Assembly: GCA_963833425.1 (NCBI GenBank)
Contig: CAWHXP010000005.1
Location: 1-64,000 of the forward strand
Origin: an uncultured Methanosarcinaceae archaeon
GTDB lineage: Archaea; Halobacteriota; Methanosarcinia; Methanosarcinales; Methanosarcinaceae
DNA: 64,000 nt
Direction: 5' to 3'
Shown here one piece after another: positions 50,071-60,833 of the stretch. The notes under the pieces were generated by a model. The model was not told where the DNA came from, ran no database searches, and saw nothing but the letters and a program-made list of their open reading frames with translations. A program made the position numbers and the translations under genes. Each line of letters opens with the position of its first letter. Positions within the stretch are counted from its first letter, which is position 1.

Positions 50071-53000
50071 TTAGTCTGATTTCTCAAATGAAAAAAAATG
50101 CATTTTACCAAGAGAATCACCTGCAACAATAGACTCACCATTCGGTGAAATGCAGCAGGCTAGAAACGGACTATCCCCTGTAAAATTAGAGATGATTATC
50201 CCTTGTTCCAGATCCCATACCTTGAGTGTTTTATCGCTGGAAGCTGAAATTGCATACCTTCCATCACGTGTGATTGCAACCGCATTCACCCAATTATCAT
50301 GTCCCTTTAGTGTTGTTTTTTCTTCTCCCCTTTCCAAATTCCATATCTTGAGTGTTTTATCATCGGAAGCTGAAACTGCATACCTTCCATCACACGTGAT
50401 TGCAACTGCATTCACCCGATAATCGTGTCCCTTTAGTGTTGTTTTTTTCTCTTCTCTGTTCCGATCCCATATCTTGAGTGTTTTATCGTCGGAAGCTAAA
50501 ACTGCATATCTTCCATCATGCGTGATTGCAACTGCATTCATCTTAGAAGAATATCCCTTTAGTGTTGCTTTTTCTTCTCCCCTTTCCAGATTCCATACCT
50601 TGAGTGTTCTATCGTAGGAAACTGAAACTGCATACTTTCCATCAGGTGTGATTGCAACTCCACGCACCCGACCATCATGTCCCCTTAGCGTTGTTTTTTC
50701 CTCTCCCTTTTCCAGATCCCATACCTTGAGTGTTTTATCTCCGGAAGCTGAAATCGCATACTTTCCATCACGTGTGATTGCAACTGCATTCACCCAATCA
50801 TCATGTCCCTTTAGTGTTGTTTTTTCCTCTCCCCTTTCCAGATTCCATACCTTGAGTGTTTTATCGCTGGAAGCTGAAACTGCATACTTTCCGTCAGGTG
50901 TGATTGCAACTGCATTCACCCGATAATCATGTCCCTTTAGTGTTATTTTTTCCTCTTCCTTTTCCAGATCCCATACCTTGAGTGTTTTATCGCCGGAAGC
51001 TGAAACTGCACACCTTCCATCACGTGTGATTGCAACTGCATTCACCCGATAATCATGTCCCTTTAGTGTTGTTTTTTCCTTTCCCCTTTCCAAATTCCAT
51101 ACCTTGAGTGTTTTATCTCCGGAAGCTGAAATCGCATACTTTCCATCACGTGTGATTGCAACTGCATTCACCCAATCATCATGTCCCTTTAGTGTTGTTT
51201 TTTCCTCTCCCTTTTCCAGATCCCATACCTTGAGTGTTTTATCTCCGGAAGCTGAAATCGCATACTTTCCATCACGTGTGATTGCAACTGCATTCACCCA
51301 ATCATCATGTCCCTTTAGTGTTGTTTTTTCCTCTCCCTTTTCCAGATCCCATACCTTGAGTGTTTTATCTCCGGAAGCTGAAATCGCATACTTTCCATCA
51401 CGTGTGATTGCAACTGCATTCACCCAATCATCATGTCCCTTTAGTGTTGTTTTTTCCTCTCCCCTTTCCAGATTCCATACCTTGAGTGTTTTATCGCTGG
51501 AAGCTGAAATCGCATACTTTCCATCACGTGTGATTGCAACTGCATTCACCCAATCATCATGTCCCTTTAGTGTTGTTTTTTCCTCTCCCTTTTCCAGATC
51601 CCATACCTTGAGTGTTTTATCATCGGAAGCTGAAATCGCATACTTTCCATCACGTGTGATTGCAACTGCATTCACCCAATCATCATGTCCCTTTAGTGTT
51701 GTTTTTTCCTCTCCCATTTGCAAATTCCATATCTTGAGTGTTTTATCGCTGGAAGCTGAAATCGCATACTTTCCATCACGTGTGATTGCAACTGCATTCA
51801 CCCAATCATCATGTCCGTCAAGAGTTCTAATCAACGATCCTCCTGGTGATTTCAAGGAACAAGTTCTTGGAAGTAATCTGATACCATCTTGACATTCACA
51901 TGCTTGACCTAGTAATGTTTGTATCCCCTCTTCGTGAAAACTAAGGAGACGTCCTAGAAGTTGTCCTGCAAGCTGAGTTTCATTTTTTATTAAAGCATTA
52001 TATGAAAGTTTAATTGCACTTTGTACAAGCCTTATTTCAGTATCATCGAGTAGGTAATCGTAATCATGGATAAGAGAATTTATGTTAGGTATTTTGATAC
52101 CCGTTTTGTCATTTCTAACGGTCACATGCTCCAATTTGGTGTGCATCCATTCAAAGTTTAAAAGAAGCATATGAAGTTCTTCTTTTCTTCCAGCTTCTTT
52201 CATGTGGTATGCAAGATGCTCGAAGAAGTACCCATCATTAGGGCCCGTACTCCACTTATTTTTACAATCTTTAGGATATGCTTCTAGCAACTGATTGTGA
52301 AGGCTTGTTAAATCACGTGTTGTAGCTCTCAGGTAATCAAGTTGCAGGTCATGAAGAGATATAAAGCGATGAGGTGCTTCACCATCTAGTCGCAGAAGAG
52401 ACATCTCTTTCAATTTAGATATCAATTTCCCAGAATTGCGCTTTTTTAAATTTCCAGTATGTGCCCAAAAAATCGCAATTGTAGCTTCAGGTACAGGTTC
52501 ATCTGTAGGAAAAATCGCCAGTTCCTGATAACGCTTTACTGCATCTGAATCTTCACTTGAAAGAAAGTCGAGACTGACTTTAAATGCTTTCATCACATTG
52601 GAATTTGGATAGTTTGGCAATTGAGCTTCAATAAATTCAAGATCAGCTTCTTGTAAAGCCTCCAAAATATCTAACCATGATATTCCACTTTTAGCCATCG
52701 CTCCACACATGGATAGAGCGAGTGGCAGGTATCCACATTCCCTTGCCACTCCTTTTGCTTCCGATGGCAATAAGTTTACATCCTTATCATACCAATTTGC
52801 TAGAAGCTTCAAAGCTTCAAGTTCGCTGAATGTTTTAATCTTGTGTTCCTGAGCTCCAAGTGAGGTAACAACATTATTGTTTCTTGTGGTAATAAGCAGT
52901 TTACACATTTTACCTAAAGCATTAACAAAAGGCACTGCATCTTGAACTTTCCAAACGTCGTCAAGTATAATGAGGCATGTTTTATTAGAAAGTACCTTTG

Positions 53001-53973
53001 AAAGACTCGCTTCAGCTTCCTTTTGGCTGCTGTAATTTGCAGGATCATCGCCAAATTCTCTACCGACTAACTTCAAGCCCCCTATAAGATCAGGATTCTC
53101 TAAACCTACAGTAACCCAGAATATCCCATCATGAAAAGCGTCGCGAGCTTCTCTACTTTGGGCAAGGGCTGTGGATAATACGGATTTTCCCATTCCTCCC
53201 ATACCTTGAAGTGAGTTTATCTGCTTTGCAGATGTGATTGCTGCAGATTTTGTGAAATCAGCCAGCATCAACTCTTTTATTTTCTTAAGATCTTCTGTTC
53301 GAGATAAATAATGAGGAGGTAGTGTAGGTACTCCAACAATTGGAGCAAGATGCTCAGATAGAAACTCAAAAATACTGAGGTCAAATGAATGCTCTTTGCA
53401 AACATTTAATATCGAATCAATAGGACTAAAGCCACCTGACAATATGCCTGTAGCTGTCTCCTTATAAACAACTATTCCTACGATATCGTTTAGTTTAGCG
53501 TCGAAAACCGGAGTACCGCTAAATCCTCCTTCAATATTATACCCGATAAACTTAGAAACGTCAATCTGAACGAAGTCAGGATAAGCCCTCCCTCTCCCTA
53601 ATACTGAGACCCACTCTGCTTTATCTCCATATGGAAAACCGCATACTTTGAGTTCTCGATCCCAGAAATCATCTGTGAGCATAAGCTTTCCTATACTGGC
53701 ACATGAAGGAGCTTCATCTTCAAGCTTAAGAATAGCAAAGCCATATTCTGTGTTTTGCGACCAAAAGAAAATGTGAGATTTTAGAACTTTATTTGGCTCA
53801 TCAAGATAAAAAGTCAGATATATCTCATCGCCTATTTTAGCATTTGGCGAAACATCATTGACTACGTGCCTGCAAGTAAGTATCCACCTTTTCCCAATTA
53901 GAAATCCAGCACCTTGTGCGTCCCTGTTCTTATCTAGAACTTTGACTATTGAGGACTCTGGTAAATGATTCAT
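50071..53973 (-). CDS. Apaf-1-like NLR: trypsin-like protease, NB-ARC, helical domain, 14 WD40 repeats
   Basis: GAGFLIG..WILTCRHVV and GGFSGTPV (trypsin). GMGGMGKS, LIILDDVW, LLITTRN, CGYLPLAL and LHDLQLDYL (NB-ARC with MHD-like motif). Thirteen near-identical WD repeats plus one divergent. Confidence 0.95.
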   Translation of the reverse strand: MNHLPESSIVKVLDKNRDAQGAGFLIGKRWILTCRHVVNDVSPNAKIGDEIYLTFYLDEPNKVLKSHIFFWSQNTEYGFAILKLEDEAPSCASIGKLMLTDDFWDRELKVCGFPYGDKAEWVSVLGRGRAYPDFVQIDVSKFIGYNIEGGFSGTPVFDAKLNDIVGIVVYKETATGILSGGFSPIDSILNVCKEHSFDLSIFEFLSEHLAPIVGVPTLPPHYLSRTEDLKKIKELMLADFTKSAAITSAKQINSLQGMGGMGKSVLSTALAQSREARDAFHDGIFWVTVGLENPDLIGGLKLVGREFGDDPANYSSQKEAEASLSKVLSNKTCLIILDDVWKVQDAVPFVNALGKMCKLLITTRNNNVVTSLGAQEHKIKTFSELEALKLLANWYDKDVNLLPSEAKGVARECGYLPLALSMCGAMAKSGISWLDILEALQEADLEFIEAQLPNYPNSNVMKAFKVSLDFLSSEDSDAVKRYQELAIFPTDEPVPEATIAIFWAHTGNLKKRNSGKLISKLKEMSLLRLDGEAPHRFISLHDLQLDYLRATTRDLTSLHNQLLEAYPKDCKNKWSTGPNDGYFFEHLAYHMKEAGRKEELHMLLLNFEWMHTKLEHVTVRNDKTGIKIPNINSLIHDYDYLLDDTEIRLVQSAIKLSYNALIKNETQLAGQLLGRLLSFHEEGIQTLLGQACECQDGIRLLPRTCSLKSPGGSLIRTLDGHDDWVNAVAITRDGKYAISASSDKTLKIWNLQMGEEKTTLKGHDDWVNAVAITRDGKYAISASDDKTLKVWDLEKGEEKTTLKGHDDWVNAVAITRDGKYAISASSDKTLKVWNLERGEEKTTLKGHDDWVNAVAITRDGKYAISASGDKTLKVWDLEKGEEKTTLKGHDDWVNAVAITRDGKYAISASGDKTLKVWDLEKGEEKTTLKGHDDWVNAVAITRDGKYAISASGDKTLKVWNLERGKEKTTLKGHDYRVNAVAITRDGRCAVSASGDKTLKVWDLEKEEEKITLKGHDYRVNAVAITPDGKYAVSASSDKTLKVWNLERGEEKTTLKGHDDWVNAVAITRDGKYAISASGDKTLKVWDLEKGEEKTTLRGHDGRVRGVAITPDGKYAVSVSYDRTLKVWNLERGEEKATLKGYSSKMNAVAITHDGRYAVLASDDKTLKIWDRNREEKKTTLKGHDYRVNAVAITCDGRYAVSASDDKTLKIWNLERGEEKTTLKGHDNWVNAVAITRDGRYAISASSDKTLKVWDLEQGIIISNFTGDSPFLACCISPNGESIVAGDSLGKMHFFSFEKSD
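50205..51835 (-). repeat. 126-bp highly conserved tandem repeats encoding WD40 blades
   Basis: Thirteen units, several identical at nucleotide level (e.g. 51104-51480). Confidence 0.95.
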
Positions 53974-53982
53974 TCAAAAGCC

Positions 53983-54309
53983 TCATGCCGTTTTCCAAGA
54001 AAGAGTGACCTTAAAATTTGCCTCAACGCTTGTAGTTGCAATAAAGGCTCCAGCTTGCGCATTCATTATGATCCCAAACTCAACCCCTATACAATCAGGC
54101 TTACTGCTTAGACTCTTTAGTCTCTGTACAATAACGTCTGCAGCAGGCCTGATGACATCCAGAGCTTTTTCAAATTCTTTTGTTGCTTCTTCAGGCACTC
54201 CTGACGGTCTAGAAACAGGAGTCCGACCTCTTTCGGATTCTGTTTCCTCTACTTCAATTAAAACAGCTCCACCCTCTTCAAGGTTATATTTCACAAGTTT
54301 CTTAGTCAC
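53983..54309 (-). CDS. Trypsin-co-occurring domain protein Trypco1 (CU044_2847-like)
   Basis: GGAVLIEV...FEKALDVIRPAA...PD.I.VEFGI...A.AGAFIA....EANFKVTLSW. Lies 9 bp upstream of the trypsin-NLR gene. Confidence 0.88.
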   Translation of the reverse strand: MTKKLVKYNLEEGGAVLIEVEETESERGRTPVSRPSGVPEEATKEFEKALDVIRPAADVIVQRLKSLSSKPDCIGVEFGIIMNAQAGAFIATTSVEANFKVTLSWKTA

Positions 54310-55773
54310 TATGCTTTCCTCCTACAAAAAATTAGTAATGAAGATTCGATTCATATCGTCCACAATGTAAGTAATTTGCATATTGTTACTTTTAAATAAG
54401 TCACTTATTTTTGTTTTTTAGCCTATTTATAATAATTTCTTGAAATAAACTATTTTTTAAGAGTTAGGGTCTCTAAACATTTAAATTGCAGAAAATTTCA
54501 GATGAAGATTTGTGATAAAAAGGGCCTGTTAAAGATTTGGAGGACAAAGATTGGAAGAGGGGTAAAAACTGGAATTTAGAGTAAAAGACTTAAAAGCTCA
54601 GCATTCGGCGGCTCAGGTGACTCTAGCTCCTAACTGATATTATATCAGTTGGAACAGGCATAACTAAGAAACTTCAAACGGGGGAGGTAGAAAAATGAAT
54701 TGACATCTCGCCCATAACTTTAGTTTAGGAATTATGTGCTTGAAGTTTAAAATTAAAATTATTATATGGTGCAATTGACAAATTTTATTCAGACCGTTCA
54801 AGTTTTAATTCTATTGATTTCAGTTCAACCATTTAAGTCATAATTAAAAAATAGCAGGGAAAGATAAAATATATTGGCACCCCGCGCAATGAGAACTTGA
54901 AAATATAACAAACATGCATAGTAATTGATGATACAAATGCGGAATCTTATCAATCAAAAAGCTATAGAATCACCAGGAGCAAAGGAGCCTGGTTAATGTT
55001 TTGAACTTTTTCTATGCGTGCATCACCAAGATTTCATTAAGTTATTTATTAATCATGCGTACACAATCTCCTTTTTAGCTCAAATTTAATTGAATGGATC
55101 ACTATTTAATAGGTAATTATGTTCATTTAAGTTTGATATAACAAACAGTAACTAACGGAGTTATTGGGTATTTATTTGAAGCTTTTTCGCTAATTACAGT
55201 CTTTTTATGCGAATTAATCAATTTAATTCGACATTATTCAGCATTTTAATGAATAAATTGAATTAATTTTTGGGATTTATTTCCACTTTAATCTAAAATT
55301 GTTATTTATTTGATCATTATTTATGCCGAAATTATAGAGTTACAAGAGACTATTTAAGCTTCAAATCCTAAAAAAAACAAGTTTAATAGTAAGAATTATA
55401 GCTTAATTGTAGTAAGGAAAGGTAAATATTTATTGCGTAAGTTATTTACACCCAGTTTACCCATCACTAATTATCCACAGAGTAAAATTCTTTTGTGAGT
55501 TCGCCGTTTGATGTCCTATAATCATAGAGATATGGTCCGTAAGTTCTAATTGATTTTGTATTTCAAGATCATAATCAAGAGCACACTGCTTTAGGTATAG
55601 TTGCTCTAAAGTGTAATAATGATGCACAATATAGCCAATCTTCCCATATCAATTTTATGAAATTTTCAAACTTTAATATTTGTATCGGACATAGGGTTAT
55701 TTATCAATTTACAGAAAATGACACAAAAAGATTAAACACCTACTCATTAACTAAACTATAAAGAATCTTTTAA

Positions 55774-56142
55774 TTAAATAAATGATTCAGTGTGGCTATC
55801 TCTAATTCTAATCTTTTCTAAAATTTTCATTCTAATCTTTTCTGCTTCATTTTCAGTTATACATGGGATATTCTGCTCCACTACTCGAGATTGCCCTTCT
55901 GCAGATAAATACAGGAACTCTCGAGCATGTGAGCTTAAACTTCTCTGATCTTCAATAACAAGCCTATAAACTGGCCGACTGGTATATTGCACCTTAGGAT
56001 TAAAAAAATATTCAAAATGTGCGTGTAGATCCCCTTCCCGGTAAAGAGAGAACAGATTTTTGCAATCCCAAGGTAACTCCTTGCCTATTTTTTGCCTTGC
56101 TTCAAGAGCTTGTAATCTTTTTTTCATTGATACTGTTACCAT
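55774..56142 (-). CDS. Hypothetical protein (mobile-element-like)
   Basis: 122-aa ORF starting MKKRLQALEARQ, GTGAAG ribosome-binding site, co-oriented with neighbours. Confidence 0.55.
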   Translation of the reverse strand: MVTVSMKKRLQALEARQKIGKELPWDCKNLFSLYREGDLHAHFEYFFNPKVQYTSRPVYRLVIEDQRSLSSHAREFLYLSAEGQSRVVEQNIPCITENEAEKIRMKILEKIRIRDSHTESFI

Positions 56143-56299
56143 ATCTTCACTTCACATTTTCAATATTGTATTTTTCCCTAATCTGGCTATAATTCCATTA
56201 TACTTACCAGAATATTAATGGAATCTTGGCATAAATGGTAATTAAACTTCCATATTATACAGCATACGACTCTCCGATCGAGCTTCCAGAATAATAATT

Positions 56300-56611
56300 T
56301 CATTCTACTCTTGTAAATAACGGAGTGTCCGAAAGAGCATAACCATTCTGTGCCTGATAATTTTCCAGAGCTTCAAGTCTCTTCTGAAAATCACCAATAT
56401 CCAAATCTTTCATTATCGCATTTTGGACCTGTAAAGCCTGAATGAAAACTCTGATATAGGCCAGCTTTAAGCTATCTCCTTCCTGAACTCTGAAACGTTT
56501 TGCCTTCAATCTCTTTTGAAGCTGTTCAATTAATTCTGAATTTGCACTTAACAGTGACTCTCGTGTTAGTAATTTAAGAGTAGCTATTGGGGTACTAACA
56601 GTGTTCTTCAT
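56300..56611 (-). CDS. Hypothetical helical protein (mobile-element-like)
   Basis: 103-aa ORF ending in coiled-coil DFQKRLEALE. Confidence 0.6.
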   Translation of the reverse strand: MKNTVSTPIATLKLLTRESLLSANSELIEQLQKRLKAKRFRVQEGDSLKLAYIRVFIQALQVQNAIMKDLDIGDFQKRLEALENYQAQNGYALSDTPLFTRVE

Positions 56612-57354
56612 TAAATCCCTTTATAACGTTTTGTCGGTTAATTGTCAAGAATTTATAGTAATATATTGTATTTATAAATATATACATTTTAGTGCATGTA
56701 TCGTAAATAAATGTTATACTACTGTTTCATCTTCTAATCACATCTTTGATCTTCTGAATATACATTAATATGTAGACCTAAATTATAAAAACAAATTCTT
56801 ATAATTAGTCTAAAGTATAATTTTTAATGAGTTAATGATAAACTATTACTTATGCGATTTAAACTTCACCACTGGCTTCTAATGCATTCTTATGACACTT
56901 AATCATTTACAATCCCCCTTAGACACAAATTATGAAGTTTTGTAAAATTTCCCCAAAAATTATTATAGAAAATCCACTTATCATGCAATTTACCGGTTAG
57001 CTTACTATTTACGAAAATTATAAACTGAAACAGATAAGTAAGCTCTTGAATCTAAAAAGATCACTACTAAACTATTTATTAGTCCAAATTTTAATAATCC
57101 TAATGAAATCGCTTATACTTGAGTTTGTACTCTAAGTGAGTAAGTCATATTAAAGAAAAGTCAGTCTACACTTGCTGATATAGAAGATTGGGACTTGATA
57201 AGAGATTCGATCGGGCTAAAAGGAGTTACTTATAAAAATTGGTTTAAATATCTAATTACAGTTTCACACATTCTTCCGGTCAAATAGCAATAAATGCAAC
57301 CTAACACTTCGTCCCCCTGCAACAGTAATAGTATTATTTGGGGAACTCTCTTGC

Positions 57355-57696
57355 TTAGGAGTGCATTTTTAAGGTGGGGTATCCTTCATAACAGTTATTG
57401 CATAACACAGTCACAGTAGGACTTTTACCCTTTTGTCGGATCGTTTTTATCATTCCACATTTTTCTAACTCGTTCAATGCTGTCGGAAAAGCCCAATCAG
57501 GGATAGGTAAAAGGGAATTTATACCTTTCAAGGTGACTACTAAATTTGTAGATTTTTTAATACCTTTTAAGTGCCAAATGTACATAGCCACCCTATAAGT
57601 ATGCCCAACTGAATTTGAAGGTAGCTTCACAATCCATTCTAAAGGCAATTGGGGTATGAAGTATCCTTTTATTTTATCTCTAGAATTTACTAACAT
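57355..57696 (-). CDS. Small winged-helix DNA-binding protein, putative replication or regulatory protein
   Basis: LPLEWI...VAMYIWHL.GIKKS...ALNELEKCGMIKTIRQKGKSPTVTV, a wHTH recognition helix plus wing. Confidence 0.6.
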   Translation of the reverse strand: MLVNSRDKIKGYFIPQLPLEWIVKLPSNSVGHTYRVAMYIWHLKGIKKSTNLVVTLKGINSLLPIPDWAFPTALNELEKCGMIKTIRQKGKSPTVTVLCNNCYEGYPTLKMHS

Positions 57697-57795
57697 GATT
57701 TTACCCCATCTAATATTATTTCTAAATGATAAGAGTAAATAAATAAGAAATATAAAGAAATATAAGTAGTAAAAACATTATCCGAAGGCTTTAGA

Positions 57796-57881
57796 ATTTA
57801 GCTGTGTAGCTAATTAATTTTAGCTGTAGAGCGAAATATATTTTGCTGTGCAGCTAATTAATATTGCTCTGTAGCTAAATT
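57796..57881. repeat. Four phased palindromic repeats (iteron/operator-like)
   Basis: GCT-N4-AGC cores at 57801, 57823, 57845 and 57866 (spacing 22, 22, 21 bp), consensus TT(A/T)GCT-N4-AGCTAA. Confidence 0.8.
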
Positions 57882-59542
57882 CAAAGTGTAGACAAAACAG
57901 ATTATTGGAACTATTCTGCTTTCAGCTTCCTTCTTCTTTAATTTCTCCTAAAATCTCCATAATCAAATGCCACTTTTCTGCACCCTTCTCATCTATATAC
58001 CTATCAGGATAAAGATCGTATTAAAAATACCTTTGATAATTACATGAACAAGTTCAAACCTTATTTATCAAAAACCATTTGAAGCATCTAGAGCAAAAAA
58101 GCCCTGGTGGGGATTTTGGTGATGATAGCTACCTTAAGACGCTGAATATATCAATAGTGGATTTTTATTCTATTAAAATTTGATTGAGTTTAGAAAGTCA
58201 AGATTAACGAATTAATGACTCATTAGATTCTCGATTCACAGCAAACTTCGTTAGAATTTGTTGTCTTATTTCATTTATTTCTGCCATAAAGTCTTACAGA
58301 CTGAAGCCAGATATACTCAGGACTGTCTAATACCTTCAGGCAAAATATATTGCAAATCCAGGTTTATGAAACCGATCTCTGAACTCACAAATGAAATGTA
58401 CCTGGATTATGTAGGCTCATGATAATTAATAAAATGACATTTTTCCGCTTCAGGAAAGCTCTGGCTCAAATATGAACGAGTATAGGGCGATTCGAGGCAT
58501 TTTCTTGAGAAGTTAATTAAAACTATTAACTAGATGGAAAAAAACCCCATGATAGGGCTTAAAATAAGCCAGTTTTTGTCAATCCGTTAGCAAAACATGG
58601 GACAAAGTCAGCAATTTAGTCCAAACTAATCAAAAAGTAAATGAAATCTCATGTTGATTTAGAGAATCTGGAGAAGCCTGTTAGTCAACCATCACCTATT
58701 TGCTCTCGTAAACCCTAAGTAAGTCCAAGATATAGCTAATAATAATTTTTATTACTTTATTAATATAATAGGATATTGAACGCATTTAGTTTAAATTGTA
58801 TTAGATATACTTCTTTATCTGAAATAAAGATGATCCATTTATATAAAAACTAAACTATAACTCCAGATTAAAAAGTGGTTATTACAGATTTTTCATCCCT
58901 GTGACTACTAATCAGGTCCAAAATTAACATTTTATGCAACTATATTTCAAAAATTAAGATCAAACATAATCAAGGACCGTTATTTTCGGTTCGGTCAATG
59001 GGATGCGGTGACAAAAAACAAATTAGTTCATTACTTCCAGTTTTGGATAATAAGCCTAATAACAAAAATAAGTGGAGCGGAAGGATCAAAAACTTTATTT
59101 GCTCAATGTTGTGACAATACTTCTCATTGAATTTAGCTATTATCATAGACATCCCAATACCTTGCAGTAGACTTCGTACCTTTAAATCATAAATTTTAAT
59201 AAATGGTAGTAAAGTCTTCCTTATAAAAAATAAATATAATTTATAAAAATCAGATAAAATAAATATTGAATTTGTTCTATTGCCTGAAAATAAGGCAATC
59301 ACATAGTCAATAAAATATATTTTAAAGTTGTAAAATAAATTTTTGACTTTCTAAAATTTAGTATCTATTCAGATAAATTTATGTATTTACTTGATTATGT
59401 ACTCAAAATTCCAAAATGGAAATCTTTATTTTATTAGCTAGGGATATCTCATTTATCTTTTATCTCAAAATTTTGATCTTAGAGCTAAAATGGTGAACTG
59501 TTGTGATAAAACCCAACTTTTGTACCAGAAAGCCGGAGAAGT

Positions 59543-59900
59543 TTATTTATTCGAATTTTTTAATTCTTCAAGATTTCTCTCACAAAAATCAATTCGTCTA
59601 AGATCTTCAATTTTTCTATCCATTTTTATTGCCTGTTCATAATACTCAATTGCTTTTATTGTCTCTCCCAAATCTCTATACGCGTTTCCCAGATTACCAA
59701 GGTGAATTCCTTCTGCGTCCCTATTTCCAATTTCTTTAGCAATTTTGAGTGCTTGTTCATAATACCCAATTTCTTTTTTCGTCTCTCTCAGAGCACTGTA
59801 TGCATTCCCTAGATTTCAAAGTTGATTTCCTTCATTAAGTCTATCACCTATTTATCTTGCAATTTTTAGTGACTGTTCAAGATAATTTATTGCTTTCCTC
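59543..59900 (-). pseudogene. C-terminal TPR fragment of an NLR-type gene
   Basis: YYEQALKIAKEIGNRDAEGIHLGNLGNAYRDLGETIKAIEYYEQA...IDFCERNLEELKNSNK*. Confidence 0.8.
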
Positions 59901-60678
59901 CCTACTTATGCTGCTCGGAGTGTTTCTCATCTTTATGTTCTTCACCGGATTTTTTGCTGTCGTTTTGTTGCTCATCTGAGTGTTTCTTCTTAGGAGCCGT
60001 GTAAATACATCCAATTCCCAGAACAACGCGTCCAATCGCCAGTAATATTAAGATTATATAGTTTGGAAACTTTGTCTTCATATTATGCACCTATTTTTAT
60101 ATTTTATAATGCATTATTAATTTATAGATAATTGACTTATTGACTTATTATCTATAATGATTATAGCAAAATGCAAATATTATATAAATACTGCCTATAT
60201 ATACTATATATATTTATATATGAATAAAGTGTTTAGCAAAGGAAAAAATATAAATCCAATAACTCCAAAGATAATTTTACGCATGTAAATAATAAAATAA
60301 GATCTTTTTAATATAAGACTTATGAAGGCTCAACTGCAAAATCTCCTTTAAGTATTTATCGCGTAAATAATGAATAAAAAAGTTGGGAATGATTTTTTTC
60401 TTATTTGTAAGTGGAAAAAATCTGTCTCAGGATGAACTTTAAGAAAAAAATGTGCCAACCTATAGCTAAAAGCAGAATACAAGTTGATTGTCTCTTGATG
60501 ACGTCTGATGTCCTCACGGTTCTAATTTTGTCTTTTGATGCAATTGTAACCAGTGGTGAACAAAAACCCATTAATAATCAAAGTTTAGCTTCGGTAGTAA
60601 AAAGATGGGGGATGGAAGTAATGATCTTACTTAAGACTAACCTTTTCCTTTTTGTTCAGTCTAAGTTGTAATATGATC

Positions 60679-60826
60679 GGTTTTGTTGCAAAAATAATAT
60701 CTCTGCAGTTTACTCATTAATTTTTACCTTTATGTACTATTTTTCTCGGTTATGAGACTAATTAATTTTCAAATTGTGATAAACATATTGATTTTGTAAC
60801 AAAGCCAAATTTTTTGCACCAAAAAT
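60679..60826. mobile_element. Degenerate copy of the 149-bp MITE
   Basis: GGTTTTGTTGCAAAAATAAT start and AAAGCCAAATTTTTTGCACC end, similar length to 14141-14289. Confidence 0.6.
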
Positions 60827-60833
60827 CAGCAAG

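Noticed and set aside
50150..51892. Plus-strand repetitive ORFs (50150-50422, 50648-50926, 51104-51892)
   Set aside because: Antisense shadows of the WD40 repeat array.
57796..57881. Possible CRISPR array
   Set aside because: The 22-bp period is far too short for repeat plus spacer. It fits protein-binding sites better.
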